Positions 21,585 to 33,091 of a DNA stretch of 64,000 bases are shown here, in pieces. Under the pieces are notes generated by a model. It saw nothing but the letters and a program-made list of their open reading frames with translations, searched no databases and was not told the DNA's origin. The translations under genes and the position numbers were made by a program. Position 1 is the stretch's first letter. Each line of letters starts with the position of its first letter. This stretch comes from Flaccisagitta enflata (lineage: Eukaryota): assembly GCA_965153355.1 (NCBI GenBank), contig OZ231126.1, positions 27,342,001 to 27,406,000 on the forward strand, given 5' to 3'.

Positions 21585-23661
21585 TGAATAATGATATAAA
21601 GAAATGCATTGAAGAAAAGAAGAAACTTTGGAAAATCTGGAAGAAGACGAAGAAAGAGAAAGACGGACAGACTTATAAGAAAAAAGTAACAGAGACAAAA
21701 AGAAAAATACGAAACAGTAAAAACTCTTATGAACGGGCAGTAATGCAAAGCCGGAACACGAATCCAAAGATATTTTACTCATATGTAAATCGGGCGAAGG
21801 CAACAAGAGCAAAAATTGGGCCACTGATCAATGAGAAGGGAGATGTGATTATTGACCCAAAAGAACAGGCACGTATTTTGAATGAATACTATGGATCTGT
21901 ATTCACCCTCGATGGAGACAACTGTCCAGAGGTACGACAGAGAGAGGACGGACTGTCACTGGAAGAAATCGAAATCACGGAGAAAATAGTGGAGGAGGTA
22001 ATCAACGGGTTGAAAGATGACTCAGCCGCAGGACCGGATAATATCCCGCCGCGTCTCATTAAAGGATTGAAGGAAGAACTTGTTAGACCATTAACGCTTC
22101 TCTTTCAGAAGTCGATGGATGAAGGTCGAATCCCCGACGACTGGAGACTTGCGAACGTCACACCAATTTTCAAAAAAGGGAAGAAGTCGGATCCCGGAAA
22201 CTATCGACCGGTGAGTCTCACCAATGTAATCGGAAAAATAATGGAAAGAGTGGTGAAAAGAGGCTTAATGCAGTACGTTGAAAATAATGACATCATTGCA
22301 AACTCGCAGCACGGGTTTAGACCGGGGAGATCGGTGCAAACGAATCTCGTGGAATTTCTTAATGTTGCGACCAAGTGGCTCGATGAAGGGAAATCTTTCG
22401 ACGTCCTCTACCTTGACTTTAGCAAAGCCTTTGACAAGGTAAGCCACAAACGTTTGCTGGTGAAATTGGAAGAGGCGGGCGTGAAGGGAAAAGTCTTGGA
22501 ATGGATTCGTGATTGGCTTAGAGAGAGAAAACAACGGGTACGCGTGGACGAAGAATACTCGGAATGGATCGACGTTTTAAGCAGCGTAGTACAGGGCTCA
22601 GTACTAGGTGGAATTCTCTTTGACCTGTTTATCGATGATATTGACGTTGCAGCACTCAAAGCGCTAATTATGAAGTACGCCGACGACACGAAAATTGCAA
22701 AAATCGTGGAATCCGCGGAAGACGCGAGAGAGATGCAAGAAATTATAGACAAGTTGGCGTCATGGGCCGAAAAATGGGGAATGGAATTCAACATTAAAAA
22801 GTGCAAGATTCTGCATGTTGGAAACAAGAACCAAAGACACAGGTACCATATGAACGGAGTGGAACTGGAACAAGCAAAAGAAGAAAAAGATCTGGGAATT
22901 TGGATTGATGGGACATTGAAACCATCAAAGCAGTGCGCAGCTGCGGCAAAGAGTGCGAACTTTGCTCTTGGACAGATACAGCGGGCGTTCCATTATCGGA
23001 AAAAAAGTATGCTTGTTCCTCTCTACAAGACGTTTGTAAGGCCAAGGCTCGAGTCCTCGGTGGCAGCATGGAGCCCATGGCTTGTAAATGACGTACAAAC
23101 CATGGAGAGGGTGCAGGAAAGGATGACGAGAATGATATCAGATGTCAAAGGAAAAACCTACGGCGAAAGACTGAAAGAAGTCGGTTTGACGACACTGAGA
23201 GACCGGCGGATCAGAGGTGACATGATCGAAACCTTCAAGACGTTGAAAGGATTTACGAAGGTGGAGAAGGAAAAATGGTTTTCCGAAGTTGGAGAAGAGG
23301 CAAGGCCGACAAGGATGAACACGATGATCACCGATGAAGGAGCAGTGCGGAAAGAGATGGTGCTGAACTTAGAAAGGGCGCGATTGGACGTAAGAAAAAA
23401 CTTCTATACGGTGAGGGCAGTAAAAAACTGGAAAGATCTGCCGGAAGCTGTAAGAGGCCAAACTTCGATCAATGGCTTCAAAAACAGCTACGACAAATGG
23501 TGGAACACTCAAAGCCTGAGCGATGAAAAAACTTCTAGTGTGACGAGAAGTATGGGAAATGATGAATAACAATCATCGCTACGAAAGGAGAAAAGTCGTC
23601 CCCGCAATGCCAGCGGACGCTGGCCTAGGGGCACTACATCTATTCTATTCTATTCTATTCT
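21585..23661 (+). mobile_element. 5'-truncated non-LTR retrotransposon (CR1/L2-group LINE), uninterrupted RT region
   Basis: ORF to 23569 with PGNYRPVSLT, QHGFRPGRS, YLDFSKAFDKV, VVQGSVLG, YADD, KDLG. No endonuclease domain present. Ends in a (TATTC)n tail at ~23641-23661. 5' junction approximate. Confidence 0.92.
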
Positions 23662-23747
23662 AATTTAGTGTAGAACTGGCCATCAAAAAATGTTTTTTTT
23701 TACTAGTGAGTGATTTCATAAGCCTTATGATAAGGTCACTTTATTTT

Positions 23748-24058
23748 CAGGGGTGTATATAGTTGAGCGGCTTTTGATTTTATTCCCCTCCCTGCCTTTG
23801 ATTTTCTTCCCCGCGACGCATTACAAAATCTTTGTTTTTCTTCTCCTAAAAGCTATAAAACAGTATATTTTAGGTTTAAATAGTGTTGAATTAAGTTGTA
23901 GTAATTGTATTTTACCTTTTGGTACTACCAAAAGTGTTAGATCTTCAAAAATTTTCTTTTTTCTTTTTTTCAAACTTTTGATTTTCTTCCCCATCTCCAA
24001 ACCTTTTGATTTTATTCCCCCCCCCCACCGGGGGGGTGGGGGGAACTATACACCCCTG
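23748..24058. mobile_element. ~310-bp hAT MITE family, copy 1
   Basis: CAGGGGTGTATA ... TATACACCCCTG; homologous to copies at 31951, 35407, 49887 (truncated) and 59302. Confidence 0.8.
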
Positions 24059-24742
24059 AATTATTTTTGAAGGCTCCATGTTCTTATTTTGAGAGCCAAA
24101 TAAAGCCTTCAATGTTTTTAGAGCGTTCTTAATTTTCTAACACCATTTAACAATATAAAAACTACAAAAAAACATTTAATTTTTTTATGACTTGATTATA
24201 CTTGATACATTCTTATAGAAAACTACTAAAACAAATGTTAAATCATAAAATCTAGAGATATTTCTGGTATATACATAAAAAATAGAGTGATCCAGTGAGA
24301 GCAGGGCAGCGGCCCCAAAGAGCCGATGTCCTGTAGAACACAAGGGGGAATTTCGAGACGTCCATCTTTCTGTCCGTACTGACAAGGCATAATTCAGGCT
24401 TTAGTTGGCCACTGAAGGTATATATGGGGGCTAGAGGGCAGAATTAAGGCTTGGAGAGCAGATTTGAGGTTTTTAGGGCTGATTTGATGCTTGGGAGGCT
24501 GATTGAAGATCTGGAGGGCAGATTTGAGGACGAAAAGGCAGATTTGAGGCATGGGGGTGGCTAATTTCAAGAAAAGAGGGCTGATTTGAGGTCTAGAGGG
24601 CTAGATTGAGGCCTGGGAGAGCTAATTTGAGGCGTTGATGGTCTACGGGGGGGGGGGGGTACAGACGGACGGACGTCTCGAAATTCCCCCCTGTGTTCTA
24701 CAGGACATCGGCCCTTTGGGGCTGCTGCCCAAAAAAAGACAC

Positions 24743-24786
<44 letters not shown>

Positions 24787-24985
24787 AGAAAGACAACTTG
24801 ACACAGAGCGAAAAAGAGGGAAAAAGACACAAACAGGAAACACGAAAACCGGAAAGGCTTAGACAGGCCCTGCCATTTTAAAAAGCTCCACCATCGCAAG
24901 ACTAGGTCAGGGGTTCTCACTTCTTACCATGGTGCATCTTTTGTCGGGCCTTAACTCGTCTTTAAACAACACCGTCATGTCGCGC

Positions 24986-26394
24986 TTGACGGTATGTTTT
25001 CCCCCTCATGTGCTCAAAACCCATGTACCCGATCGTTTTTGATTATTTTTATAATATTACTACCTAGAATTAAAGAGATTTGGGATTTTTGATCCATTTT
25101 AGGGACCGCGAGTTCCATTTATTTATCACCACTCCAAGGTGGTTGTGGTGAAAATGTTGAAATTTGGTCACTTTGGGCTCAAAATCGGGCCACTTTGGTT
25201 TGGAAATTTGACCCAAAATCTGTGAGATTATGAAACTAGAGCTCAAGAGCTAACCAGTGGTGCAATCCGCATGTTGCTATCATTTTTTGTTAAGATTTGA
25301 GAGCTTTTCAAAGATGGAAGGGTATGAGGGTTATTTTACCAATTGAATTTGGTGGTCAATTTTGACATTTTTTACAATTTTTGATATATTTCCGCTTTGG
25401 ATGGACAAATCTGGATGAAATTGGTGACCAAATTGAAGAGTTTTTGATGCTCTAACTGAATCTGGTAAAATTTTGGATCGATATGACCCTCAAAATTTTT
25501 GGGAGACTCTACAAGCAGGTGCTAAAAAGTGATTTTTTTCGCCATTTTGGCTACTTTGGTCAAAAAATTTGGGCACTTCTGAGATAGAAAATGACAAAAA
25601 ATCAGTGGGCAAATTAAACTACTGTTCAAGATCTAACCAATGGTGCAATCGGCATGTCAATAGGTTAAAGCATATAGATTTGGCAAAGCTTCAAAGATCA
25701 GTAGGTTTGATAAAATGACATTTTTTGTCATTATGAGCCTAAAAGCTCTGCCAAATCTATATGCTTCAACATATCAACATGCCGATTACCATTTGTTAGA
25801 TCTTGAACAGTAGTTTAATTACTGATTTGTCATTTTATCTTGGAAGTGCCCAAATTCTTGACCAAAGTAGCCAAAATGGTGATCACTTTGCTTTTGCTTC
25901 TAGAGTCTCCCAAAAATTTTGAGGGTCATATTGATCAAGTACCAGATTCAGTTAGACTAAAGCTCTTCAATTTATTCACCAATTTCATCAGATTTGTCTA
26001 TCCAAAGTGGAGATATAACAAAAAATGTAAAAAATGTCAAAATTGACCACCAAATTCAATTGGTAAAATAACCCACCTTCCATCTTAGAACTCTCAAATC
26101 TTAACAAAAATGTGGCTGCAGATTACCCACTGGTTTCTTGAGCTCTAGTTTCATAATCTCACAGATTTACAGTCAAATTCCAAACCAAGTGGCCATTTTT
26201 GGCCAAAAGTGACCAAATTTCAACATTTTCACCACAACCACCTTGGAGTGGTGATAAATAAATGGAACTCGCGGTCCCTAAAATGGATCAAAAATCCCAA
26301 ATCTCTTTAGTTCTAGGTAGTAATATTATAAAAGTAATAAAAAACGATTGGGCACAGGGGTTTTGAGCACATGAGGGGGAAAACATACCGTCAA
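24986..26394. mobile_element. Foldback (Mutator-like) element, ~700-bp inverted arms
   Basis: Termini TTGACGGTATGTTTTCCCCCTCATGTGCTC and its reverse complement. Perfect 9-bp TSD ATGTCGCGC (24977-24985 and 26395-26403). No ORF. Confidence 0.9.
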
Positions 26395-27340
26395 ATGTCG
26401 CGCAAAGCAGGGTTCGGCACAAATCTCTGTTCCTGCCGAGGGAAAATGGGCCTTTAGACAGTCGATCTTTCGTTTACGTCTTGTTCTGCAAAAAAAAGAA
26501 GAAAACAAGCATTTTAACAATAACGGGAGACTGATCTTTCATTAACGTGATTTCTATGATCAAACCTGAGACCTACCTTGATCGGAAATCGAATTTCTAC
26601 GAGGATACCGAAGCTCCTTGGATGTCCCCACCGCCGCGTAGCGCCTCCGTCTTAAATTTACTGATCCACATTAACACGTAGCCGTCACCGTCACTGTCAT
26701 GCGCCAACTTACGACATCTTATTATCTGTGTTGTTCATTTGTCCAACACCACCACCTTTGTTCATTTGTTTTGTCTTTGTTCACCGTTTGTAACCTCTAG
26801 CGTTTTGTCATTAAAACAATTTATAAACAGTTATGGCTGCGCCCTTGCTCAAAGTTAGAAAAATTATCTAAAATTTTTTTACGGATTTTACTTTTTTTAC
26901 GGCCGATGCAGCCTTTTGCTCATTGATCGTGACACTGAACCTGCATCGCAATAGCTTAAAAGCCTTTCCTACGAATAACCTCTTCGTTATTAAGATGACC
27001 GTTACATGTTTCGTTTCTCCTTGTTGTGCGTGATATAAATTTTGAAAGTTTTTCTCAATGCTATAACTATTCACAACTGCCTCATTTTCATTAACATTGG
27101 TTAATTGTTGTTGTTCTCTTCTCTCCTTTCAGAAAAAAAAAATTACGCTATTGTTGCCAACTAATTTGTACTGTGTGTTGCCGTCGTCTTCAGTAATTAC
27201 CATGATCCTGAGGGAAACAACCATGCCTTGTTTTGTTGCTTCTTACTCTTAAGGTAATACGAGTGGTCAATTTTGCAGGTGTATCGTCCTCGGGGAGAAT
27301 TTGCCCACACCTGTTGCTGTTAAAGAGAAATATCTGAATC

Positions 27341-29017
27341 ATGACGCAAGAAACTCAAGTGCAGGGCTCCACCAGCGGGCCGTACGATTCCGCGGCGCAG
27401 ATGATGGCGTCTCTGCCCGGCGTTAGTCAGGTGACGTCGTTCTTCCAAGGTAATCCAATGGCGACACCTGTCGGACAAATGATTGAAAAGGCCACCGACG
27501 CCACATTACCCTCGGAAAATTGGGCCTTGAATTTGGAAGTGTGCGACCTGATTAACGACAGCGGGGAGAATGGACCGCGCGACGCGGTTCGGGCCATAAG
27601 AAAGCGCTTGCAAGTGAGCGTGGGAAACCGCAATTTCACCGTCGTCATGTACACGTTGACGGTGTTGGAAACCTGTGTCAAGAATTGCGGCCGACGTTTT
27701 CACGTTCACGTAGCGCAAAAGGACTTCCTAAAGGATTTGACGAACATCATGAATCCCAAGCACGATCCGCCGATCATCGTGCAAGACAAGATCCTCACCT
27801 TGATCCAGTGTTGGTCTATCGCGTTTCAAGGTGCCCCGGAGCTACGGGCCGCGGAACAAACCTACCAGGATCTCAAAGCGCGCGGCATCATTTTCCCCAC
27901 CACCGACATGGAAGCTGCGGTACCTATCATCACGCCCAGAAGGAGCACTCAACCCCCACCAGCCACCAATTCTAGACCTTCTCCGGCAAAGACCACCGCG
28001 CCGTCCAACGGCCAGCAATCCTTACCACAACATCACCATCATCCCCAACAGCCGGTTGACAGACCCCTCACCACGTCGCCTCACGGTTTGCCGCCCCAAC
28101 CATCCGTGCAGCAAATCGTCGAGATGTCCGGTCCCGTCGCGCCGACTCCGGACCAAATGGCCAAATTGCGCAGCGAGCTGGACATCGTCAATGGCAATAT
28201 CATCGTTATGGGCGACATGCTAAACGAAATGGTACCCGGCGAAGAAGACGTCGCGGATTTGGAGCTGTTGCAGGAGCTAAACCGAACTTGTCGCGCTATG
28301 CAGACTCGGCTTCTCGAGCTGATTGAAAAGATTTCCGTGGAGGAAGTGATTGAGGAGCTGTTGCACGTTAACGACGATCTGAACAACGTATTTTTGCGGT
28401 TTGAAAGATTCGAGCGCTATCGCACCGGCAAGACATCCAACAACGCCGCATCGGCCGAAGCCAACGCCAGTCCTCACGTCAGTCCTAGTCGTAACAACGC
28501 CGAGCGGCAGCAACCAGTCTCGCCGCTCATTGATTTATCATCCAACGCCGTTCCTGCCGTTGCTGCCGACGCCGAGGAAGACGTCGCTCGTCAATTGGCT
28601 TCCCTCGGAATCGTAGATTCGTCGCCGGCGCCGCGACCTGATGGCGCTCAAGCTGTTGGTGGCGCCGGTTTCAACGCCACGGAGGACGAATTTAAGGAGA
28701 TGGAAGCCTGGTTGGGTGCGACAGGCGGCGACGGTGGCGCCGGAAGTGTCGCCGTCAGCGGCAGCGTCGGCGCAGTCTCCAGTTCCGAATTTGACGATTT
28801 CCTCGCTTCTCGGCTCGGCGTTGGTGCCGACAGCGTTGCAGCTGCCGGAGGCGCCGTTTCGAGCGCCGACACCGTGTCCGGTGGCTCTTCATCATCCCCG
28901 GCGGTGATTCGTAGCATCGGCGATGTTCCGTCCATCTCTGCCACCTCGGGAGCGGTGCCCAGAGTGAACAGAACACCGACGAAGAAAAACGAAGATCAAG
29001 ATTTACTTCTTGGCTGA
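27341..29017 (+). CDS. TOM1: TOM1/TOM1L2-like VHS-GAT adaptor, uninterrupted CDS
   Basis: 558-aa ORF with VHS domain (ENWALNLEVCD, LTVLETCVKNCG), GAT domain (KLRSELDIV..ELNRTCRAMQ..LLHVNDDLNNVF) and C-terminal EMEAWL and SSEFDDFL motifs. Confidence 0.92.
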   Translation: MTQETQVQGSTSGPYDSAAQMMASLPGVSQVTSFFQGNPMATPVGQMIEKATDATLPSENWALNLEVCDLINDSGENGPRDAVRAIRKRLQVSVGNRNFTVVMYTLTVLETCVKNCGRRFHVHVAQKDFLKDLTNIMNPKHDPPIIVQDKILTLIQCWSIAFQGAPELRAAEQTYQDLKARGIIFPTTDMEAAVPIITPRRSTQPPPATNSRPSPAKTTAPSNGQQSLPQHHHHPQQPVDRPLTTSPHGLPPQPSVQQIVEMSGPVAPTPDQMAKLRSELDIVNGNIIVMGDMLNEMVPGEEDVADLELLQELNRTCRAMQTRLLELIEKISVEEVIEELLHVNDDLNNVFLRFERFERYRTGKTSNNAASAEANASPHVSPSRNNAERQQPVSPLIDLSSNAVPAVAADAEEDVARQLASLGIVDSSPAPRPDGAQAVGGAGFNATEDEFKEMEAWLGATGGDGGAGSVAVSGSVGAVSSSEFDDFLASRLGVGADSVAAAGGAVSSADTVSGGSSSSPAVIRSIGDVPSISATSGAVPRVNRTPTKKNEDQDLLLG

Positions 29018-29948
29018 CAGTGACGATTTTGAAGGAGATAAATATTAGCGACTTAACAAGGAGAAAGCTTATTAAGTGTTTAATGGTGAAATTTATCTAA
29101 TTCGCGCTCGGATATCGAATTTTTGCCACTTGACTTTGGAGAAGTTGAAACACTTTTTCTCTTTTTTTAACACTGTGGTGCACGCACGATACTATTGACT
29201 TGATTGTTTCGATACTTCATGTATTTAATCATTTGGTGATCGACGAGTTTTTGACGTTGTAATTTGAATCTAGTCACAAAAAACACATCCTTCTGCTTCG
29301 CCTGTTTTCTCTAGTGTATAGCTCGGTACTTTTTGCGTATATTCTCTCCGGATGCCATTGCAGCTTACTGAATTGACGATTGCTTTTCGCGCAGATGGTA
29401 AAGATGGAATGAAAATGCTGAGCTCTATGGTACTTCAATCATTTTCTCTTTCTCTCTCTCCTTGCTAGTCTTTTTGAAGAATGCAGAAAAATCTAATGGA
29501 AAGATACCTTACGTACTAAAAGAAAACCTCTATCAGCAAGTTCGATACTGTTAAAGATGTAATATCTATTGTGTATGAATTTTGACGCTTTTTTCCTGAT
29601 CTACTACTCATTTGAAAATTGTTATTCGTGACTATTTTGGAGTTGAAATCCGTAACTCGTGTGTCAAGATTTTTCGATTGTAAAAAGAAATAATTAGAAT
29701 CAAATCGCTTAGTAATGCGCCTAGATGGAAATGATGAATGTTCAATCTTATGTCGCGCATATAAGATGGAAAGATAAATCAAATCTCTTGATGTAATGTC
29801 GCGCATATTTAGCTTAATGGCTCGCTGATAAGAATGAAAGAGTTGAGAAGAGAAACTTTTGATGTTCTTTTTCTATATTTTCAGATTCAGTCGGTGAATT
29901 ATCGTATTACATTTTCATCACATGACGTTAAATCCTTACTATGCAAAG

Positions 29949-32650
29949 ATGAATGCCTCGATTGTGTCGTCGGTAGTTTACGTCTCAATTGTCTATGGCA
30001 TTTACAAAACTGTTTCTTTTGTGTGGAATTTTGTCGGATTGCGCAATTGGTTTGCCGATCAGACCTGCCCTTCTTCCGCCAGAATTGATGGGAAGGTAAA
30101 ACTATAAAAAACCGCTTCGACTGAAGCCCGATCAGCCAGGGTCTTCCTTTAGTGATCTTCAATTGACTCTTTACATAGCAACATAATCAAAGTTGATACA
30201 ATTAGTTGAAATCACTATGCACAGCTCGGATGAATGGGCCTTATGAGATTCGTTGCTGGCCTAGCTTAGCTCACTGAACTGTCATTAGGGAGAGATGCAT
30301 ATAAATAGAACGCGACCGAACTTAAGAACATAACAGCAACAATCGATATGCGGATGTCTTAGTCCTCACATTTGAGTATGCACGTATCCGTCATTCAGGT
30401 TGTGCTAATCACCGGTGGCAATGGCGGAATAGGCGCCGAAACTGCGAAGGGGTTGTTGTCGAGAGGCGCCGTGGTTTTCATCGCGTGCAGGCACGTGGAA
30501 AGGGCCGAAGCTGCGAAACGCTCCATTTTGGATCACGTCAAACATATACCTGGGTTGGTTCAGTGACTCGCTGGTCGTTGGTTCTTCTGGTGGCACGAAT
30601 CTTAGTGTAAGCGTGTTAACTAGTTATGTGGAAGGGCTTCTGACATTACCCTTCTGCCTTCCTCCATTCTACAGCGCCGGCGTTCGCTTGCGTCTATTAT
30701 CCCTGGATCTGTCATGTTTTGCCTCAATCCGCGCATGCGCCGCGCAGTTTCGCTCTCTTTCCGATCGTTTAGACATCCTAATTAACAACGCAGGCGTCAT
30801 GATGTGTCCCTTTCAAAGGTGGGGGCGATGCAATGGATTACTGATCCATGACTGATCATCGGCATTTTCCTTTCTGCTTTGCTTTCTTTCGGCCTCTCTT
30901 TCTTTCAAGAGTTTTTCTCAGTTTTCTTTTTTCTTGTTTTCTTTGTCTTAATGGAATGGTCTCCCTTTCTGTCTTCGTTTCTCTCAGTCTTTCTCTCTTT
31001 GTCTCCGTTTCTTCTAGTCTCTTTCTTTCTCTTTGTCTCTGGTATTCTTCGTACTTTCTTCTAGTTTCTTTTAGTATTTGTCCTGTCTTTCTTTGAGTTT
31101 CTTTCTTTGTCTTTCCTTGTCTTTCCTCCCAGTCTTTCTTCCGTATTTCTTTCTCCCAATCTTTCTTCCAGTCTATCTGTCTTTTATCGTCTTTTATCTT
31201 TCATTAAGTCTTTGTATGTCTTTGACTTTCTTTCCGTCCTTCTTTGTCTCTCTTTCCGTCCTTCTTTGTCTCTCTTTCAATCTTTTAATTTCTTTCGATC
31301 GTTCTTTCTAGCAGTCTTTCTTTCACGAAGTCTTTTCTTTCTTCGTCTATTTAATATCCCCTTAGTTATTTTATCCTGACTCATTCCACCTCCTCAACCA
31401 GCCGGGATGTTTTGTTGAAGGTCCGCGGATGGTATCGAATTGCAGATGGCGACCAACCATTTGGGCCACTTCCTCCTTACCAACTTGCTTTTGGATTTAC
31501 TTGGTAAGTTTTTATCGGCGTTTTATCATGTTGTAAGACACGAATAAGAGACCAAAGATGATTGCTCCGTTTTCCAGAATTTTCTGTGCCTTCTCGCGTT
31601 ATCAACGTGTCTTCCGTGGGCCATTGGCTGGGCTCGTCTAATTTCGAAGATCTGGAGTATCTGCACTCTCGTTACGATCCCACTTTGAGTTACGCTCAGA
31701 GCAAACTCGCCAACCTCTTGTTTACTTCCGAATTGGATCGTCGACTGCGCGCGCGTCGAGTGGATGGAGATGACGTCACTTTCGGGATCACTGTCAACGC
31801 CTTGCATCCGGGAGTTGTGGACACACCGTTGTTTCGGCACGTCTGGCTGGTCGCCAATCCCGTGTCGGAGATGATATTGCGTCCAGTTCGGTAGGGAAAT
31901 TATGTGACATGTCCTTTTCATGAAATTGGGGAGTTGGGATGTTAAAAATACAGGCCTGTATACAGTTCTACATTCCCTCTTTTCCCCCCCCCCTCCCCAA
32001 TCAAAGGGTTTGGAAATGGGGAAAAAATGTAAGGGGGGAAAAAGAGAAAAAAATTTTGGCAGTACCAAATCATAAAAACACAATTTGATATTATTTATAT
32101 TTTAACACTGTTTTATTGCTGTTTGATTAAACACTGTTTTATTGCTATATGTGGAAGAAAATCTTAGATTTTGTAATGTGAGGTGATGCGTCGCGGGGAA
32201 GAAAATCTAAGGTGGGGGAGGGGGGAAATTAATCAAAGATTATAGAACTATATACATCCCTGTGAAAACGTACGCCGCACACTAGCTAAGCATAGTACAC
32301 CATAGAATAAAATGCTATTTATGGGGTTGACAACGCCTCTGTTGTGATTGTCCAACATCCCTGACATTCTCGCAACGACGATCAGGTTTATGATGGAGAA
32401 AACTCCTCGATTGGGCGCTCAGACGAGCATTTATCTCGCCGTGGCGCCGGAATTGGAGGGCGTCAGCGGGAAATATTTCTCCGATTGTAGCGTCGCTCGC
32501 GTCTCGCCGAACGCCGCCGACCCAAGATTGGCGCGGGAGTTGTGGACTATCAGTGAGAAACTCGTCGGGTTAGACGAGACGGAAAATGTTTGGAAGAAAG
32601 AAGCGAATGGGACGCCGATTTCAGCGGCAGTTAGAACGAAGACTGATTGA
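29949..32650 (+). CDS. Retinol dehydrogenase-like short-chain dehydrogenase/reductase (RDH11-14 type)
   Basis: Exons 29949-30095, 30399-30553, 30675-30818, 31421-31503, 31578-31890, 32386-32650. Motifs [24 protein letters not shown], catalytic YAQSK, HPGVVDT, GKYFSDC. Confidence 0.92.
31951..32262. mobile_element. ~310-bp hAT MITE family, copy 2 (RDH intron)
   Basis: CAGGCCTGTATA ... TATACATCCCTG with shared internal sequence. Confidence 0.8.
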
Positions 32651-33091
32651 TTGCTCGTTCATAATGATATGATTGCAAATTTGATTAATTGCAAACACGA
32701 TTTGTGTTGAGCCGGGTGATCATAGAAACTCGGAAGCTTGAGATCTGTGTTCCACAGATCTGGTCGATATCCCTGACCAAAACTCTGAAGATGGCTGTTT
32801 GTTGATGCCTTACGCGTGTCTGGTTGATTTAATTAAGATGTGATATCTCGGGTGATATCTGATATTATACGCCTTAACTTCCTGTATTGATTTCATTGCT
32901 CATTATGAATATAATTCACACATTTACACCAAACGCGTGAATCGCGTGATAATTTAAATTGACAATGAATAGTTTCCACAAAGCATGCAATTGCTTGATT
33001 TATTGATAAAATTACTACTGGTCAGTGCTATGTTTCTGGAGAAAAATTTGGCACGATAGTTGCAGAAACAAAACAACGGACTGCGTCAACG

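Noticed and set aside
27254-27278. Possible 25-nt GT-AG micro-intron in the TOM1 5' region
   Set aside because: Far shorter than any other intron here (about 90 bp or more) and unsupported without transcript data.
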